Shown here: positions 28,966-38,612 of the stretch, piece by piece
How the letters are laid out: every line of letters begins with the position of its first letter
Position numbering within the stretch: position 1 is the first letter of the stretch
Origin: an uncultured Lentisphaerales bacterium
Lineage (GTDB): Bacteria > Verrucomicrobiota > Lentisphaeria > JABSQK01 > UBA12247
Assembly (NCBI GenBank): GCA_943788985.1
Contig: CALSSJ010000002.1
Location: forward strand, 1 to 64,000
DNA: 64,000 bases
Direction: 5' to 3'
Notes under the pieces: model-generated
Database searches by the model: none
What the model was told of the DNA's origin: nothing
The model's input: the letters and a program-made list of their open reading frames with translations, nothing else
Made by a program: the position numbers and the translations under genes

Positions 28966-29703
28966 ATGACTCCCGGAATTGAAGCCGTATCCCTCCGTAA
29001 AGACTATCATGGGCACCAGGCTGTGGACGGGATTGACCTGGTGGTGCCGATGGGAAGTATCGTCGGCCTGCTCGGCCCAAATGGCGCGGGCAAGACCACC
29101 ACACTGCGCATGCTTGCGGGGATTCTTAGGGCAGCATCAGGTGACATCCGCATCTGCGGGCTTCCGGTAGAGAAACATCCTATGGCAATCAAGCGCCGTA
29201 TCGGCTTCCTGTCCGGTGATACACAGCTCTATGAGCGCCTCACTGTCCGTGAGATTTTGCGCTTCTTTGGCCGCCTCCACGAAATGGAGCGCGCAGAACT
29301 GGAGTCTCGTATCGAGCAACTGGTGGATACGTTCGACATGACTCCGTTTGCCGACCGTCGAATCGGAAATCTAAGCGCTGGCCAGACTCAGCGTGCGAAT
29401 ATCGCGAGGACGCTGGTGCACGACCCAGATGTGCTCATTCTCGATGAAGCCACAGCCTCCCTGGATATCATCAGTAGCCAATTCATCATGCAGTCGCTCA
29501 AACAGATTCGCGACAATGGCAAAGCCATCCTCTTCTCAACCCACATCATGAGCGAGGCCGAGTACCTTTGTGACCAAATCTCCTTGATTCATCAAGGCCA
29601 CATCATCGCCCAGGGAACCACCGACGAGATCATCAGCCAAGGCGGAGCAGACAACCTGACTGACGCCTTTCTACAGCTGATGGCTGCAGGAGAGAACCAA
29701 TGA
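28966..29703 (+). CDS. natA: ABC transporter ATP-binding protein (NatA-like)
   Basis: GPNGAGKTT, LSAGQ, ILDEAT, FSTH. Confidence 0.85.
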   Translation: MTPGIEAVSLRKDYHGHQAVDGIDLVVPMGSIVGLLGPNGAGKTTTLRMLAGILRAASGDIRICGLPVEKHPMAIKRRIGFLSGDTQLYERLTVREILRFFGRLHEMERAELESRIEQLVDTFDMTPFADRRIGNLSAGQTQRANIARTLVHDPDVLILDEATASLDIISSQFIMQSLKQIRDNGKAILFSTHIMSEAEYLCDQISLIHQGHIIAQGTTDEIISQGGADNLTDAFLQLMAAGENQ

Positions 29704-31806
29704 TTCGCTGGGCACACGTCAAGACCATCTTCCACAAAGAGTTTCTCGATACCGTTCGTGACAAGAAGACTCTGCTGATGAATCTTGGGCTGCCCATCGT
29801 GGTCTGGCCGGTTCTCGCTGTGTTCCTGACCGAGTTTGCCGCATCCCAGATGGCAAGACAGCAGGAGCGAGTATCACGGATCGCACTGGTGGGAGACAAC
29901 GTAGAGCCGCTGGCTGCAGCGGTCCGCTAAGCAGACTCAGATAAACCTCGTGCACCTTGCGAAGGGCCTGACGTGGGACTTTTCAGAGCCTGTTGAGCAC
30001 AGCGTACCAGGTAAGCGAGGCCAGCGCCGTGCCGAGGAGGCCCCGAAATCGCCCGGCCATCGCCAGGTGGAGGCCCTGATCCAGGATGACATGATCGATC
30101 TAGTGATTGTGTGCGAAACAGAGCATGCGGGGCCGTATACAAACAAAAGGCTCCGCATACTGGCTGACTATACGATACCCCACTCAGCAGCAGCCGCTGG
30201 CCGCGCCGAGAAGCTGCTGGAGCGGCTTGCGCAGGATGCCCTCGCCGTGCGCCTGGAGGCGCTTGGGCTTGCTCAGGCGCAGCTGGAACCCTGGGGCGTC
30301 ACTTCTGAGGATGTTGCCCCGATGCAGAAAACTGTGGCCACAGTCGCTGGGCGGGTGCTCCCACTACTGCTCATCGTGCTGATCGTGCTCGGCGGCTTCT
30401 ACCCGGCCATCATCATGACGGCCGGTGAGAAAGAGCACGGCACACTCCCAACACTCCTGTGCGCACCGATCAACCACCTTGAGCTCATGTTCGGCAAGTA
30501 CCTGGCAATCCTGGTGCAGGCACTGACCGGAGTATTCACCAATCTCATCAGCATTATGGCGGTCGTGCAACTGGGGTTGGGCGATCTGCCAATCGCCGCC
30601 TCGCCGATGATCTTCCTAGGGGCATTTATCGCTCTAATTCCAGTCGCGATGCTCTATACAGCCTTATTCATGACCGTTGCGATCTTCGCAAACAGCTTTC
30701 GCGAAGCGCAGAATCTGCTCTCTCCCTTCACGTTTGTCGCCATTATTCCTGCCTATGCGGCCTTGCTGCCAGGCATCAAGCTTACCGCGCTCACCGCCCT
30801 CGCTCCGGGCTTGAACATTACCCTACTGATCAAGCAAATGATGGTTCAGGATCTTACCCCGATGCTGGCCATCATGACCCTCGTGAGTAATCTCTTCTGG
30901 ACTGTCGTCGTACTTACTTTCGCGGCACGCCTGTTTGCCAGCGAGCAAGTTCTCCTGGCTGGCCGCAAAGGCATAGCAGACGTCCTTACTGTCAATCGCA
31001 ATGCTCTCCCGCACCCGGACCAGCGCATAGCACTGATCTACTTCTGCTGCATCCTTGTCTCCACCGTCTACTTGAGCGGAGTGCTCGCCTCCATTGACCT
31101 TGCCTTGTACATGCTGGTCGCGCAGCTCGGGGTCTACTTCTGCGGCGGGTTTGCGATTGTCCGCTACTTCAAGATGTCGGCCAAGCGTGTCTTCCGCTTG
31201 CGCGCTCCCCGACCGCTGGCAATGATCGGGGCCGTCCTAATCGGCTGCAGCTTATTCCTGCCAAACCTGTGGATAGCCCAGCTCACGCCGATGCCTGCGG
31301 CATTCGAGAAAGCCCTCACAGAAGCCCTCCGGCTCACCGACACAACTTATCCGATCTGGGCACTCCTACTACTTGTCGCATTTCTCCCAGCGCTCTGCGA
31401 AGAGTTCGCCTTTCGAGGCCTGATTCTGAGCGGCCTGCGAGCCGACATGAAACCAGTAACGGCAATCCTGCTCACCGCATTCGGCTTTGCACTGGCTCAC
31501 TTCTCCAGCTTTCGCATGCTCCCGTTGTTCATTACAGGCTTGATCCTTACCTACGCTGCCTGGCGCACTGGCTCAATCTGGGTAGGCTTTACAATTCACC
31601 TGCTCAATAACGGCATCGCAGTGCTTCTGGTGCGACACGGAGAGGTGATTCAGGAAACCTTTGGCCTGAGCGAGGACTTTCAGCCACCCTTGCCTTGGAT
31701 ACTCGCCGCTACGGGCGTCTGTGTGCTTGGTATCTTTCTCATCTCGATCTCTGGGGCAGAACCAGAGGAAATAGACTGCACCAAGCCGCTGGCTTATACC
31801 ACCTAG
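29700..31806 (+). CDS. NatB-like ABC permease fused to CPBP (CAAX protease/Abi) domain, frameshift at ~29925
   Basis: KEFLDTVRDKKT, TAGEKEHGTL, SFREAQN; CPBP motifs EEFAFRG, FALAH, HLLNN; removing one C at ~29925 joins the two ORFs. Confidence 0.8.
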
Positions 31807-31900
31807 CAGGCTTATGGGACCGTCGCGGGAGCTGGCTAGTCGGTGTGGGCGATAGACTAACCATGCCTCGCAGCAGGACGTCCCTACGTCCGAAAGGCTG
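31807..31900. mobile_element. Possible IS5-type MITE remnant between convergent stop codons
   Basis: Flanked by CTAG/TTAG; ends CAGGCTTATGGGAC and GTCCGAAAGGCTG are imperfectly inverted. Confidence 0.35.
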
Positions 31901-32527
31901 TTAGCGCCCGGTGATCCAGTCAGCCTCGTACCAACAGATTCCGTATTGAGCTCTCAAGTTCACACCTCGTTGGCGGCGAGTCCAGACTTCCAGCTCCTTA
32001 AACGCCCAGAGCATCGTGTGGTAGGACTCGCCTTCAGCCACTTCGATTACCCCGCCGCGTTTCTCAAGATGAGCGATCTCGGCCATAAAGGCGACGCGCT
32101 GCAACACCAGGAGAAAAAGGAAAGGAACCGGGGACATTTTAGTCATCTCAATCAGAAACCGGTGATAGCGACACGTCACCATCTCGGTCCGAGCTGGGTC
32201 GGGCGCTTCCAGATTGCGGCCGAACTCATACAGCTGAAAAACAGAAACCGGGCGAATAGTGATTACGTTGGTCTCCGGGTCAAAAGCAGAGCGCTGATCG
32301 GAGACGCCCTCCCGGCAGTCCGTGTCGAAATCCATTTTTACCGGATCCGTGAAAAAGGGATGTATAAACAGACTTACGAGAACGGCGCCAATCGTGTCCT
32401 TGTTTACACGATCTGACAAATCATCTAGCTTAGGCTGAATCGCATCGCGGTCTGCACCCTCAGCAAGATAATTGAGCGACAACTTCTGATATTGTTTCCA
32501 ACAAGTGGCAAGCGTACGTTGCGCCAT
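31901..32527 (-). CDS. Hypothetical protein (208 aa)
   Basis: AGGAG SD before ATG; protein-like composition; no recognised motif. Confidence 0.7.
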   Translation of the reverse strand: MAQRTLATCWKQYQKLSLNYLAEGADRDAIQPKLDDLSDRVNKDTIGAVLVSLFIHPFFTDPVKMDFDTDCREGVSDQRSAFDPETNVITIRPVSVFQLYEFGRNLEAPDPARTEMVTCRYHRFLIEMTKMSPVPFLFLLVLQRVAFMAEIAHLEKRGGVIEVAEGESYHTMLWAFKELEVWTRRQRGVNLRAQYGICWYEADWITGR

Positions 32528-32764
32528 TCGACTCTCCTATGGTCTAAATAGAGCTCGTACCGTACCACACCAGCCCCCTATGGTCAACGGCGGAAGCACC
32601 AAGACGTCCCATTAGTGGCGTGACCACATGATGCGCCCACGAAGATGAACGAATTTGATGCAAGGGATTGGGGATGCTCCGCTACACTAAGCCAGGGAAA
32701 TACAAGCATTGTGGGCGCAATGAGGCACGATCAAATTTGCCAAAATTCGCCTCCGCACCAGTAG

Positions 32765-33652
32765 TTACGAGACTTTGGCCAAAAACGCCAGCAGGTCTGC
32801 ACAGAGCGCGTCCTTCCACAATGCACTGCAGTAGTTATGGGGCGCACCGGAGACCACCGAAATCTCAACCGGCAGGTCGTGTTCACCTGCAAAATCCGCA
32901 TAGTAGCTTCGTGAGGCCTCGTAATCTGGATCCGCATCTCCATAGGTGAGTTGAGTTGGCACTGGAAAGTTCACCAGATTCTCTCTGGGCGAAGTAACCT
33001 CACCGTCCCCTCGAGTGCCCCGAGCACGCAGATCATCATCAGCTGACTTCCCGACATGCCCAAACAGAGTCCTGTGGATCCCTGACCACATAATCTGACC
33101 CCGGAAAAACTTACCCCAAGTCTCCCACAGCGAGAGCTTTCGCCAGTAGACCCTCAAGAAACTGGCCGTGCGCCGGGTGTCTCTCTCAAATGAATCTCCG
33201 TCCGAGAAGGGGTAGACCGACAGCAAAAAAAGCCCAGCCAGACGCGGCAACCGATCCATCGTCCCAATGGCAATGTTGCCGCCTGAGCAGATTCCTACGA
33301 CAATGATCCTTTCCACGCCATCACGCGCCGCAAGGAATTCTGCGGCAGACAGGGCCTCTTGAGCCATCCCAGGTAGAGTTGCCCCGTCAGCCTCGCCATC
33401 TCCTTCGCCCTCGCCACGACTACTGAAGTCAAAACAAAGTGTTGTGAAGCCATGGGCGCTGGCCGCGCGGCCAAGGGCGGAGAGCAACCCGTGCGGGCCA
33501 CTGCGGAGCCCGCCCAAGCCATGGAAGAACAATACTGCTTCAGAGCGTGAGCCGGTGCGCAGGATTCCGGAAAGGCCTCCGCTGGGCGTCGGCCAAGATA
33601 CTGCTGTCTCGCCGTGCCTAGAACTTGCGGCAAGCACGCAATTGGCAGACAA
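32765..33652 (-). CDS. Alpha/beta hydrolase with Cys in the nucleophile elbow (exosortase-associated hydrolase-like)
   Basis: FFHGLGGLRSGPH, FDFSSRGEGEG, GICSGG, YGDAD, GAPHNY. Confidence 0.8.
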   Translation of the reverse strand: MSANCVLAASSRHGETAVSWPTPSGGLSGILRTGSRSEAVLFFHGLGGLRSGPHGLLSALGRAASAHGFTTLCFDFSSRGEGEGDGEADGATLPGMAQEALSAAEFLAARDGVERIIVVGICSGGNIAIGTMDRLPRLAGLFLLSVYPFSDGDSFERDTRRTASFLRVYWRKLSLWETWGKFFRGQIMWSGIHRTLFGHVGKSADDDLRARGTRGDGEVTSPRENLVNFPVPTQLTYGDADPDYEASRSYYADFAGEHDLPVEISVVSGAPHNYCSALWKDALCADLLAFLAKVS

Positions 33653-33697
33653 AGCTGGGCGGTGTTGCTGACTGATAAAGCTCGATTCAGCGATTGC

Positions 33698-36505
33698 TCA
33701 GCGGCGAAAGTCAGGAAGGCCGCGAATATCAGCGGTACGGATCGGCAAGCCAGCTGGGTTAACCAGGCGCGCACTGACAAAGATCAGCAGGTTGCGCTTG
33801 AGGCTTTCCTGACGCTTGACTTGAAAGAGCCGCTTGATTCCTGGAATATCACCGAAGAACGGAACCTTGTCATGTAATTCGGTAAGATGCTCGCGAATCA
33901 TACCGCCCAGTACCACGGTCTCGCCGTCCCAGACAATCACACTTGTCTGCACTGAGCGCTGCGAAATGATCGGAAGTCGAATTGGAACCATAGCCGTAAT
34001 CGAGCCAGCGTCACCGCCAGATCCAAGTTGGATGCTGTAGCTATAGTCATCATCGCCAACCTTCTCGCGAACGCTTGGTTCAAGGTCAAGCTGAATAGAG
34101 TAACCATCAGCGGCAACTGTAGGGGTTACAGTAAGCACCACACCAATCTGCTCTGTCTCAAAATTCTCGGGCGTTGAAGGAATGAAGCTGGCGCCAGTAT
34201 TGCCGTTTGTCCCACTTGATGCGCCCTGTAGCTGCGGTTCCGTCCACGATGTAGGAAAGCTGCGAAGATCCACCATAGCAATCGTCGCAGTCGAACCTGT
34301 GATGGTCGTCACTTTGGGGGCCGACAGAATATCTGCGCTTTGCTTCTGCTTCAGAGCGCGGATCACGGTGTTGAACTGCATGCCGCCCAAAATGCTGTTG
34401 ACCTGCAGCAGACGATCGTTGTCAGCCGCGAAGCGAAGTCCACCTGTCAGGCTCTGTGAAGTACCGAGTGTCTTATCGACGCGGAACTGAAAGTTGTTGT
34501 TGAGCTCGAACTCTTTGTAGCCGTTCTGGACGCTGTCAAGGTCACCACCTGTTCCGACGAACATCCAGTCAAACCCTAGCTCTTCGAGATCGGTCTGGGA
34601 AATCTCAACAAACTTTGCTTCTATCGTAACCTGAGTGGGCTGAATGTCTAGCTCTTTAAGAATGCGCTCGACCAAGCGGAGATTGTCTGGCGTGTTTTTT
34701 ACGACAAGCTTACTGGTTTTTGGGTTGTACGTGGCAATGGCATTCTCGGGGAAGTCCACGCCATGGGCCTCGAAGAATGAGCGCGGATCCTCTGCACCTC
34801 CCTCGTCCTCAGCCGCTTCCGCGCCGTCACCAAAGCCAAACTCCTCACCAACGTCAATGGCTCCCCGAGTTTCGGTGGTCTGGAACACGCCAGCCTGTAC
34901 TGGGTAGAACCTGACTTCCATCTCGTCAAAGGCCACACCCTTGGAGGCGATGATCACGGCATGCGGGTCCACCTTGTACTTAAGATTGGTAGAGCTGCAG
35001 ACGTAACGGATGGCCTCTGTGAGTGGAATGTTGTCCAGCTCAAGAGACACGAGCAGCTGACCTGGGTCAGCGCCACCGTCACCGGGGTCGTCGGTTGGCT
35101 CTGCATCGTCAAAACCACCATCATCGCCAAAGTCATCGCCGAAGTCGTCACCAAAGTCATCGCCAAACTCGTCATCGCCGCCTTCGGCTCCGTCTTCCGC
35201 AGTTCCTGGCGCTGGCGCTGCCTGCAACTGAAGTACGATATTGATGCCTTCGCCATCCGGATCGAGCTCGCGGCTGCGACTCTTGAGATACTCAATCACG
35301 CCACTAATTGGGGCTTCGTCAAACGTGATACGGGGAAGGATGATGTTGTCGAGCTTGTTGCGAATGCCTTCCGTTTCCGTAGAAATTTTACGCACGGCTT
35401 CCGTGGAATCCACAGTGGTGTCGGGGGAAACCAGCGGCGTAACCGGATCATTCCACTTCCAGCGAATCTCTGCAATTCGTTCAGCCTTCATGACCTGACG
35501 ACGCTCATCGGCAAGATTCGCCCAGGTCTCATAGATACGGCGTAGAAAACGGGTGGCATCAAGGTTATAGGGGTCTTCCAAAAGTACCTGTTCGAACTTC
35601 TCACGGGAATCCGAGTACCGGCGGTGATTGAACAATACGGAACCCTGTTCGAGCAGAACGTCGATGTTGTAATCGCGTTTCGGCTTCTCGGGATCAACCT
35701 GAGGCGCGGAGGTCTTGAAACGGAAGTCAGCAATCGCCTTCTCGCCGTTTACTTTCTTGATCTTTTGCAGAATAGCGGCGTTGCGTTCGGGATGCTTGGT
35801 AATGGCTTTCTGAAAGAGCTCAACAGCATTGTCGAAGTCGCCCTCTCTGGCCGTATGCTTTGCTTTGACGACAAGTGCCTCCGCCCATGCTTCATAGAGC
35901 TCTGCAAGCTGCTGTCGCGTCTCGGTTAGCTGGGTAATGACTTCGTCGTTGGTCTGAGAAATCTCATTGTATGCAAGCTCTGCTTGAATCAGCTTGTTGG
36001 CGGCGAGCTCGAAATCACCGAGCAGAAACGCTTCGCGCCCCTGAATTTGATCCCGTCGGGCCGCAAGCTGCTGCCTGCGCCGGCGAACAATTTCGTCAGC
36101 ATCAATATCGGCAGCAGTTCGAAACTCTTCTTTGCCCTCTGCCGGGGCAATGTCGTCTGCAGCCTCCTCGCCGACCTCCTCCTCCAACGGATCAAGATCA
36201 ATATCAAGGTCGATCTCAACTTCTTCGAGATTGGTTTCGAGTGCCTGGCCAATATCGGCGGCACCACTACCTCCGAGATCAATCTCTTCCACAGCGGTGT
36301 CCAGATCCACATCTGAATCGATCAACGTGTCGTCAAGGATTTCGAGATCGTCCACTGAAAAATCGTTGGCGAGCTCAATATCGGCTTCTGCATCAAGCAG
36401 CACTTCATCATCAATGTTCACTTCTTCCTGCGCCCAAGCAGTTGCTGAAAACAGCAAAAGGGCGAGGATGGGGCCGAACAGCCCGTATCGCATCTTAGTA
36501 TTCAC
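33698..36505 (-). CDS. Secretin (GspD/PilQ family, Amuc_1098-like) with acidic N-terminus and TPRs
   Basis: QVTIEAKFVEI, ILSAPKVTT, WDGETVVLGG, KVPFFGDIPGIKRLF, NLLIFVSARLV. Confidence 0.9.
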   Translation of the reverse strand: MNTKMRYGLFGPILALLLFSATAWAQEEVNIDDEVLLDAEADIELANDFSVDDLEILDDTLIDSDVDLDTAVEEIDLGGSGAADIGQALETNLEEVEIDLDIDLDPLEEEVGEEAADDIAPAEGKEEFRTAADIDADEIVRRRRQQLAARRDQIQGREAFLLGDFELAANKLIQAELAYNEISQTNDEVITQLTETRQQLAELYEAWAEALVVKAKHTAREGDFDNAVELFQKAITKHPERNAAILQKIKKVNGEKAIADFRFKTSAPQVDPEKPKRDYNIDVLLEQGSVLFNHRRYSDSREKFEQVLLEDPYNLDATRFLRRIYETWANLADERRQVMKAERIAEIRWKWNDPVTPLVSPDTTVDSTEAVRKISTETEGIRNKLDNIILPRITFDEAPISGVIEYLKSRSRELDPDGEGINIVLQLQAAPAPGTAEDGAEGGDDEFGDDFGDDFGDDFGDDGGFDDAEPTDDPGDGGADPGQLLVSLELDNIPLTEAIRYVCSSTNLKYKVDPHAVIIASKGVAFDEMEVRFYPVQAGVFQTTETRGAIDVGEEFGFGDGAEAAEDEGGAEDPRSFFEAHGVDFPENAIATYNPKTSKLVVKNTPDNLRLVERILKELDIQPTQVTIEAKFVEISQTDLEELGFDWMFVGTGGDLDSVQNGYKEFELNNNFQFRVDKTLGTSQSLTGGLRFAADNDRLLQVNSILGGMQFNTVIRALKQKQSADILSAPKVTTITGSTATIAMVDLRSFPTSWTEPQLQGASSGTNGNTGASFIPSTPENFETEQIGVVLTVTPTVAADGYSIQLDLEPSVREKVGDDDYSYSIQLGSGGDAGSITAMVPIRLPIISQRSVQTSVIVWDGETVVLGGMIREHLTELHDKVPFFGDIPGIKRLFQVKRQESLKRNLLIFVSARLVNPAGLPIRTADIRGLPDFRR
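35121..35179 (-). repeat. 12-bp coding tandem repeat (GDDF)n within secretin
   Basis: Encodes GDDEFGDDFGDDFGDDFGDD. Confidence 0.8.
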
Positions 36506-36529
36506 AACGTTCTCCGGTCTTTGTTTTTC

Positions 36530-37783
36530 TTAATACGGCAGTGGTGGGCCGTCGCCCCGGTACTCAAGTTGGGGGGACGGTGCGCCAACGTTCTGCAAAA
36601 TCTCCATCAGCTTCAGGTGCTCTTCTTTGGAGGAGAGTGGCTTGATGGCGAAGGTTCCAAATTCATGAAGGGCGAAGTAGTCTACTTTGTCGCCATCCTG
36701 TCGTGCCGTCAAGCGATAACTCTCTTCATTGCCTGCGAGGTCCTTCAGTTTGAAGGTCTCCTCTTCGCGAACAATGATGCTCTTGGGGCCCTCACCGTAG
36801 TAAAAGGATAGCTTGACGACTTTGGCCAATCCGTATGCACTCTTCTTCAGGTTACAGGTAATTATCTCTGACGAACCACTTTTTTGCACCGTGGCAATGG
36901 AGGTTTCACGCTGAATGCCTGGGTTCTTTGCGTCCGGGGCCTCACGAAACTCGGCGCCGACCAGTTTGTACTTCGTGCCAGGAATCATGTCTCCGAGCTT
37001 TACGACAGGTGATCTTTTTCCGACAGAGAAATGAATCTCCCACTTGTCGCGGTCATCCTCCCCAAAGCCGTTGGTTGCGACCCGTTTGAGCGTAAAAGGA
37101 AGACGGTCGCGCTTCGCTCCGCGGAATCGCAGGCGCTCGTGTTCTGCGGTGGCCAGTGGTGGGTGCATCCCAGGATCTTGAATGTACTGGACGCGCTCTT
37201 CTAGTGAGGCCTTGTCATTTCTGTAGCAGAACGACTGCTCCTCACGGTTTGAAAACATATCCCCATCGAAATCACCTATATCATCGGCCGGGTCGTGAAT
37301 ATTCAAACCAAGCAGTTTTTCGAGGTCATCTGCCAAGCCGCCCGCGTCGGTGTCATCCTCCTCGGGGGGCTCCGTGCCTATGTCGCCCTCTATCGTCTGG
37401 TCGAACGCGGTCCAAGGATTGATCTTGGTGTCACGGTGCAGTACATGGGACTCATCGCTGTCCGCATTTACTGGAAAAACATAGTAGGCCGGCTGGGCGA
37501 ATCCGCCGTCTAGGTCGTTCTTGTGATTCGTAAAGTCCTCCATCCACATTCGCGCTGGTGCGAACTTGACCTTGATGTCGAAGTCGCTCTCAGTCAAGAT
37601 CTCGACTGCGGTCTTGGTGAGCTTCATGTCTTTGCTCTTGGCTTCAATCGCCGCCTTGTGCCCCTTTTGCGTAGTCATCGCTACGAAGAGGGTACCAATC
37701 AGCAGCAGCAGGGTGAAGCCTAGCAGAATTTTATCATAGTACAACCGGAAGAACTCGGCTACCTGGTTAAGCTTGTCCTTCAT
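36530..37783 (-). CDS. Amuc_1099-like pilus-system protein
   Basis: YDKILL plus TM; DTDAGGLADDLE and DFDGDMFSNREE Ca-binding-type repeats; position in operon. Confidence 0.7.
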   Translation of the reverse strand: MKDKLNQVAEFFRLYYDKILLGFTLLLLIGTLFVAMTTQKGHKAAIEAKSKDMKLTKTAVEILTESDFDIKVKFAPARMWMEDFTNHKNDLDGGFAQPAYYVFPVNADSDESHVLHRDTKINPWTAFDQTIEGDIGTEPPEEDDTDAGGLADDLEKLLGLNIHDPADDIGDFDGDMFSNREEQSFCYRNDKASLEERVQYIQDPGMHPPLATAEHERLRFRGAKRDRLPFTLKRVATNGFGEDDRDKWEIHFSVGKRSPVVKLGDMIPGTKYKLVGAEFREAPDAKNPGIQRETSIATVQKSGSSEIITCNLKKSAYGLAKVVKLSFYYGEGPKSIIVREEETFKLKDLAGNEESYRLTARQDGDKVDYFALHEFGTFAIKPLSSKEEHLKLMEILQNVGAPSPQLEYRGDGPPLPY

Positions 37784-37785
37784 GC

Positions 37786-38610
37786 CTATTCGTCCAAGCT
37801 TTCGAATTCAATGTAATCAATCTCGAGAGTCGCGGTTACGCGGTTCTCGTCACGATACACCTTGCGCTGCCCCAAGGAAGCCACAACGTCGGGATCTCGA
37901 GTATGCGCGGAGCGGGGGAGTGTGTGGAAGGAAAAGGTGATATCCCGTACCACAAAGAAGTACTCGGCCTCATTGAGGGCGTTTACCAAATTCCGCACAC
38001 CACGCAGGGGGCCTGTCACAGCAACGTCCACTGTGTAATACTTGTACTGGCGGCGTTCCATCAGCTGAATTTCAGTGGGTAGTTTGACCATATTGATCGC
38101 ATTCAGAGTCCCATCAATCTCGATCAACGTCATAATCGCGTTGACAATTTCGAGCTGCTTCATCAAGGGGCCGATGGCCTCACTTCTTGGCAGTGCTGCT
38201 TGATAGGCCTCGAATCCAAAGGCGGGAGCCAAGGATGAATCAATACCCTTGTCTGCTAGGATATTCGTCAGCAAGCTGATTCGAGAAAACATCTCATTGG
38301 ACGCCTCAATTGCGGTCATCCGCGCTACCGCCTTGGGCTGCTGGTATTTCCCGTGGATCTCTTCCAAAACCTTGATACGCGTTTCTTTTACGAAGGCGAG
38401 GTTGACGCCAAGTTGCTTGATGTTCGCATCAGTCGGCGCGTAGGGACTGGTGGTGACTTCTCGACGCATCTCGTCAAGATCTTGGAATTCCTGCTGAGCG
38501 GCTCTGCTGGCTGATTTCCTACTCGAATGCACAACCAGAAGCGCGATGGTTGCAATGAGCGTGATCACGCCGCCAATGATAAAGCCCTTGTGCTTCTTGA
38601 GACCGTGCAT
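37786..38610 (-). CDS. Amuc_1100-like (PilO-like) pilus-system protein
   Basis: N-terminal TM, coiled coil, FGFEAYQAALP, LVNALNEAEYFFVVRDI; position between PilM-like and Amuc_1099-like genes. Confidence 0.7.
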   Translation of the reverse strand: MHGLKKHKGFIIGGVITLIATIALLVVHSSRKSASRAAQQEFQDLDEMRREVTTSPYAPTDANIKQLGVNLAFVKETRIKVLEEIHGKYQQPKAVARMTAIEASNEMFSRISLLTNILADKGIDSSLAPAFGFEAYQAALPRSEAIGPLMKQLEIVNAIMTLIEIDGTLNAINMVKLPTEIQLMERRQYKYYTVDVAVTGPLRGVRNLVNALNEAEYFFVVRDITFSFHTLPRSAHTRDPDVVASLGQRKVYRDENRVTATLEIDYIEFESLDE

Positions 38611-38612
38611 GG

